Source: Candidatus Bathyarchaeia archaeon (lineage in GTDB: Archaea; Thermoproteota; Bathyarchaeia; Bathyarchaeales; Bathycorpusculaceae). Taken from it: a DNA stretch of 64,000 nucleotides. The DNA is taken from assembly GCA_050015395.1 (NCBI GenBank), contig JBEKBM010000002.1:32001-96000 (forward strand), written 5' to 3'. The translations under genes were made by a program, and so were the position numbers. The notes under the pieces are model-generated. The model did not search any database. It was given only the letters and a program-made list of their open reading frames with translations, and had not been told where the DNA came from. Positions 59,341 to 64,000 of this stretch are shown here, piece by piece (within the stretch, counting starts at the first letter, position 1; each line of letters starts with the position of its first letter).

Positions 59341-59543
59341 GCTCCTTGCTTCAATAAAAGTCACGTATTGTGACAAGAAAGCATCAAAGCTAAGCTTAAC
59401 TGTATTTTTAGCGCAAATTGTGTTCGCCAGTTATTCTGTCAACTATTTAAGTTGCGGCTGACGTTCACTCTAAACTTGACTATAACCGTACAGTTAATAG
59501 CTAAGTAAACCGAAATGTTTTGGTCTAAAGGAGGAGAAACGCT

Positions 59544-60236
59544 TCGTTTGCTGTCGGGCACATATCACTGGGTTACCTCTTAGGTAAGGGCTCCTCAAAG
59601 AAGTTGCGTGTTAAAATTAATATTCCGTTGTTGATGGTTCTTTCTATAATTCCTGATGCCGACATAATCTTCGATTGGTTGACTGGAGCCCAACTGCACA
59701 GAGGTCCATCACATTCAGTGGTTGTGGCAATTATAGCTTTTATTCCATTCTTCATTTTTTACCGCAAAAAAGCAGTACCGTATTTTCTAGCTTTAATTTC
59801 ACATTCCCTTATAGGCGACTTCTTTATAGGTGGGAATGTGCAGTTGCTGTGGCCTTTTTCAACAACCAAGTTTGGGTTTACTTACCTTAGTGTTTTTAGC
59901 CCGATAAACATCGTTCTTGAATTAATCTTATTCTTGATGGCAATGCTTGTCCTATACAAAACGGGTGACTACAAGGTTTTCTTTACAGACAACAAGTCAA
60001 ACTTATTGCTGATTATCCCTATATGCACAGTTTTACTGCCGACATTAATAGGCTTCCCCTTCAGTGTACCGTTGCTTGTAAGTGAGCCTACTCTCGCAAT
60101 AGCACACCTGGTTTACCTGGCGCTCTTCAGCATAGCCGTTCTTAAAACACTTCATTCCATATACGAACATAGATTCCATTCTTCAAAAAATCTAGAGGAA
60201 GAGATACGAGGGGAAACCAAGGAATCTATCCCATAA
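59544..60236 (+). CDS. Membrane-bound metal-dependent hydrolase (YdjM/LexA-binding type); probable non-canonical start
   Basis: FAVGH, IPDAD, HRGPSHS, SHSLIGD, LLWPF; SD AAGGAGG at 59528-59534. Confidence 0.82.
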   Translation, partial: SFAVGHISLGYLLGKGSSKKLRVKINIPLLMVLSIIPDADIIFDWLTGAQLHRGPSHSVVVAIIAFIPFFIFYRKKAVPYFLALISHSLIGDFFIGGNVQLLWPFSTTKFGFTYLSVFSPINIVLELILFLMAMLVLYKTGDYKVFFTDNKSNLLLIIPICTVLLPTLIGFPFSVPLLVSEPTLAIAHLVYLALFSIAVLKTLHSIYEHRFHSSKNLEEEIRGETKESIP

Positions 60237-60460
60237 AAAGTGACTATAAAATCGAGGTATAGACCGCTCCAACCATTCGTTTATCGTATTTTTTTGTTTA
60301 TCTTTCGGGTTCTTGATTTGTTGTTTTGTCATGTTGTAACTATGGATTTTTTCAAGCAATATTTATATCAAAAGTGATGCACTCCAATCAGTCTAACTAA
60401 CCTGTCAGGCGTTGAACCAATTTGAACCACGCATGTAGAGAACTCTTGGTGGTAAAATAA

Positions 60461-61396
60461 ATGCCGTTAAAAAACTTGAAGAAAGATGAAGCAGACGCTT
60501 TAACGTTAGAATGGGTCTTGCACGTTAAGAACTACAAGTTAACCCTTGACAAAAAACGCTGTGTTGGCTGCCAAATATGCAGTTTAGCCTGCCCTAAAGA
60601 AGCCATAAAAACACAAAAGCAACCTAAAATTCAAGGGGAAAAAGCCAAAAAAGCCAAAGTGGACATTGACTTGGCAAAATGCAATTTCTGCGGTATCTGC
60701 GATGTCACCTGCCCCTATGGCGCAATCAAAGTTACCTTGAACGGTGCACATGACCTTTCTATCTTGGCGAAAGAAAGTTACCCACAGCTGGTTCGCGACA
60801 TAAAAGTGGATACAAGCCAGTGCCAGAAAGAATGCGCAGAATGCGAAACAGCATGCCCACTGTCACTCATAAAAATTTCTAAAATTGGTTATGATGGCAA
60901 AGCAATCGAAAACCTTGAGGCTTTATCGCCGAGCCAGAAAAAACGCGTCCAAGTCAACCTTGATATTCAAAAGGATTACTGTCCAACTTGCAGAGTATGC
61001 GAGTTCAAATGTAGTCCAGGCGCATTAAAAGTCAAAAAAGCCTTCGAAGGAGTAATCGCTATTAATCGGGAGAAATGCCCTGAAGGTTGCACAGACTGCC
61101 TTGATGTTTGCCCCATTACTGGCGCATTAACGCTTGGGGAAGACAAGAAAGTTCATGTTAACGAGTTATTCTGCACTTACTGTGGAGCATGCAAAAACGT
61201 TTGCCCTGTCGATGAAGCGTTAACAGTCAAACGCACAACAATACACCACACGCCCATACATTCAGGCGCATGGAACAAAGCCTTAGAAAGACTAACATCA
61301 CCGGTCGATGCCGCTAAAGAATACAGAACCGTAGCTGGTGAGAACAGGCGCAAAGTAGTTGCCAAAAGATTCGTTTTGGAGGAGACAGTGAAATGA
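60461..61396 (+). CDS. Polyferredoxin (six 4Fe-4S-type motifs; FwdF/MvhB-like)
   Basis: Six CxxCxxCxxxC(P)-type motifs. Confidence 0.9.
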   Translation: MPLKNLKKDEADALTLEWVLHVKNYKLTLDKKRCVGCQICSLACPKEAIKTQKQPKIQGEKAKKAKVDIDLAKCNFCGICDVTCPYGAIKVTLNGAHDLSILAKESYPQLVRDIKVDTSQCQKECAECETACPLSLIKISKIGYDGKAIENLEALSPSQKKRVQVNLDIQKDYCPTCRVCEFKCSPGALKVKKAFEGVIAINREKCPEGCTDCLDVCPITGALTLGEDKKVHVNELFCTYCGACKNVCPVDEALTVKRTTIHHTPIHSGAWNKALERLTSPVDAAKEYRTVAGENRRKVVAKRFVLEETVK

Positions 61397-63849
61397 GCAC
61401 ACCGCAAGCACCTAAACAACCAGAAACCGCAAAACCTGAAGAGCTACGAGTCGGCGTTTTCGTCTGCGACTGCGGCTTAAACATCGCAGGCACAGTAGAC
61501 GTTAAACAAGTTGTCGAATACGCCAAAACCATACCCGACGTAGTATTCGTCAAAGAAAACCGCTACACATGCGCAGACCCGGGACAAGAAGAAATCCGAA
61601 AAGCCATCCGAGAGCAGAAACTCAACCGCGTCGTCGTTGCCGCTTGCTCACCAAGAATGCACGAACCCACATTTAGACGCACAGTTTCAGAAGCAGGTTT
61701 AAACCCGTTCCTTTTCGAGATGGCTAACATCCGAGAGTTCGCTTCATGGTGCCACCAGAGCACTCCGCAAGAAGCCACAGAACGTGCAAAAGACGCCGTT
61801 CGCATGGCAGTAGCAAAAGTGCGGTTAATGATGCCTCTGCAAACCATCGAGGTGCCAGTCACCAACAAGGCACTCATTATCGGCGGAGGAATCGCGGGGA
61901 TGAACGCTGCCTTAGACTTGGCTGAAATGGGCTTTAAGGTTTACATGCTGGAAAACACGCAGAGCATCGGCGGACACATGGCAGCACTGGACAAAACCTT
62001 CCCAACACTTGACTGCAGCATCTGTATTGAAGGACCAAAAATGGTGGATTGCAGTCGCCACCCCAACATCACAATCTTCGCCAACTCTGAACTTGTTAAA
62101 GTTGATGGTTACATTGGCAACTTCAAAGTAAAAATCCGCAAGAACCCACGCTACGTCATATCTGAAGATTGCACAGGTTGCGGTGAATGCAAAGATGCTT
62201 GCCCAATAGAGTACCCCAACGAGTGGGACATGAACTTGGGCACACGCAAAGCAATTTCAGTCCCGTTTGACCAGACGGTGCCGCTGATTTACGCTGTTAA
62301 CATGGATTATTGTATTGAATGCTTCAAATGTGTTGATGCTTGCGGTGACAGACGAGCTATAGATTTCAACCAGAAACCTGAAGAAGTCGAAATAGACGTT
62401 GGCGCAATAATCGTCTCGACAGGCTTTGACGTTTACTTACCATACGATATGCCGCTTTTGGGTTACGGGAAATACCCCAACGTCATCACCAGCATGGAAT
62501 TCGAAAGGCTCATCTTAGCAGCTGGTCCAACAGGCGGCAAAGTTATCAGGCAATCAGACGGTCAGAAACCACACAGAATCGCATTTATCCTATGCGTCGG
62601 TAGCCGAGACAAGAACAAGTACCCGTACTGTAGCAACTTCTGCTGCATGTACACGCTCAAGCATGTTGTTCAGATTAAAGAGAAATACAAGGAAGACGTG
62701 GAAGTCTACGTTTTCTACATGGATATACGCAGTCCAGGCAAAGGCTACGAGGAATTCTATGACCGCGCAAGAGAAAGAGGTGTAAACTTCATCCGTGGAC
62801 GGGTAAGTCGCATTGACGAAGACCCGACAACTCACAATTTAACTATTCACTCGGAAGATTCACTGCTTGGTCAACCAATAGAAGTCGAAGCAGACATGGT
62901 TGTACTCGCAACGGCAGCCATAGCTAAAAAAGGCTCAGCCGACATTGCACGCATACTAAACTTGTCACGTGGATCAGATGGCTTCTTCATGGAGTCTCAC
63001 CCCAAGCTTAAACCGATGGAGGCGCCGACGGACGGTGTCTTCTACGCAGGCGCCTGCCAAGGCTTAAAAGACATTCCTTACAGTGTTTCGCAAGGTAGCG
63101 GTGCAGCCTCAAAAGCAGCAACAGTCATCTCAAAGCAAAAGTGGAAGATTGAACCCATCATCTCAATGGTTGACGAAACCAAATGTAGAAACAAAATAGC
63201 CAAATGCGGTGTCTGCGTTGACAAGTGCCCCTACGGCGCTATCAAAGCAGAACCGGGCAAAGCAGCATACATTAACACTGCCAACTGCCACGGCTGCGGA
63301 ACATGCGTTGCTGAATGCCCACAACACGCTATTACCCAGATGCACTTCACTGACGCCCAAATTATGGCTCAAATCAGAGCTGCGCTTGAAGACAAACCGG
63401 AAGAGAAAATCCTAGCTATCCTATGCAACTGGTGCAGTTACGCTGGAGCAGACCTAGCAGGAACCAGCCGCTTTGAGTACCCGCCAAGCGTACGAGCAAT
63501 CCGCGTCATGTGCAGCGGCAGAGTAGCCAGAGAATTCGTCCTCGAAGCACTGCGACTTGGGGCAGGAATGGTCATGATTGGCGCATGCCACTTACCCTAC
63601 GACTGTCACTACATCAGCGGAAACTACAAGATGAAAGCACGCACAGACGCCCTAAAAGGCATGCTGACAAAACTGGGCATGAGTCCAGAGCGGTTCAGAG
63701 TAGAATACGTTTCAGCCGCTGAAGGCATCCACTACGCTGAAGTCATCAAAGAAATAGACGCCCAAATGAAAGCGCTAGGCAAAGAAAAAATCCAAGCAGA
63801 AAACGCAAAGCTCAAACCCATTCTAGAAAACATGCTGAAACGAAAGTAG
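61393..63849 (+). CDS. hdrA: Heterodisulfide reductase subunit A fused to an MvhD domain
   Basis: GVFVCDCG.NI, AACSP, GGGIAG, DKTFPTLDC, CVGSRD..CSNFCCMY, C-terminal CNWCSY.GADLAG..RVMCSGR..CH..DCHY. Confidence 0.95.
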   Translation: MSTPQAPKQPETAKPEELRVGVFVCDCGLNIAGTVDVKQVVEYAKTIPDVVFVKENRYTCADPGQEEIRKAIREQKLNRVVVAACSPRMHEPTFRRTVSEAGLNPFLFEMANIREFASWCHQSTPQEATERAKDAVRMAVAKVRLMMPLQTIEVPVTNKALIIGGGIAGMNAALDLAEMGFKVYMLENTQSIGGHMAALDKTFPTLDCSICIEGPKMVDCSRHPNITIFANSELVKVDGYIGNFKVKIRKNPRYVISEDCTGCGECKDACPIEYPNEWDMNLGTRKAISVPFDQTVPLIYAVNMDYCIECFKCVDACGDRRAIDFNQKPEEVEIDVGAIIVSTGFDVYLPYDMPLLGYGKYPNVITSMEFERLILAAGPTGGKVIRQSDGQKPHRIAFILCVGSRDKNKYPYCSNFCCMYTLKHVVQIKEKYKEDVEVYVFYMDIRSPGKGYEEFYDRARERGVNFIRGRVSRIDEDPTTHNLTIHSEDSLLGQPIEVEADMVVLATAAIAKKGSADIARILNLSRGSDGFFMESHPKLKPMEAPTDGVFYAGACQGLKDIPYSVSQGSGAASKAATVISKQKWKIEPIISMVDETKCRNKIAKCGVCVDKCPYGAIKAEPGKAAYINTANCHGCGTCVAECPQHAITQMHFTDAQIMAQIRAALEDKPEEKILAILCNWCSYAGADLAGTSRFEYPPSVRAIRVMCSGRVAREFVLEALRLGAGMVMIGACHLPYDCHYISGNYKMKARTDALKGMLTKLGMSPERFRVEYVSAAEGIHYAEVIKEIDAQMKALGKEKIQAENAKLKPILENMLKRK

Positions 63850-63860
63850 CCGCACTGCAA

Positions 63861-63885
63861 GTTTTAATTTTTTTCTTTTTATTTT
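63861..63885 (+). terminator. Oligo-T terminator-like tract after hdrA
   Basis: gttttaattttttcttttttatttt-like T-rich run directly after the stop. Confidence 0.5.
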
Positions 63886-64000
63886 AGATACCCTGCTGCT
63901 CTTTTTGTTGCCTAAACCGCTGAACAAATAGCCTACCTCCTCCCCCTCTGCTTTCAATTTTGCTAGAGAAACTCGATTGCTAAATTGATACCCTATCCCG

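Overview
Archaeal chromosomal window, most consistent with a Bathyarchaeia-like (TACK) organism. This is inferred from gene content and frequent TTG/GTG starts, not proven. From left to right: moaB-moaA; small regulators and a vapBC toxin-antitoxin (TA) pair beside a 3' remnant of an Lhr-type helicase; apgM; an ESCRT/Cdv division cluster (ESCRT-III, CdvA, CdvB, CdvC/Vps4) with a perfect 18-bp palindrome in its promoter and neighbouring coiled-coil ORFs; a DRE-TIM (LeuA-like) enzyme with substituted active-site motifs; a LipS2-type radical SAM protein; and a modular surface protein. Next come a pterin cluster (DUF447 plus a DHPS-like gene) whose intervening RFAP-synthase gene appears almost fully deleted, a stand-alone 16-codon Lys-rich ORF, pyrD/pyrK, and a TA/ABC islet with three copies of a motif resembling a tRNA 3' end. 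These are followed by a CBS+HPF-like hibernation factor candidate, a ~30-kb surface-glycosylation island with many pseudogenes and a duplicated promoter/structured-leader module, and finally a polyferredoxin plus an HdrA-MvhD fusion. Several apparently intact genes, including cdvB, have conserved N-termini and good Shine-Dalgarno (SD) motifs but no ATG/GTG/TTG start. No complete rRNA, tRNA, CRISPR array, integrase or transposase was seen. All family assignments come from motif recognition by eye, not from database searches.
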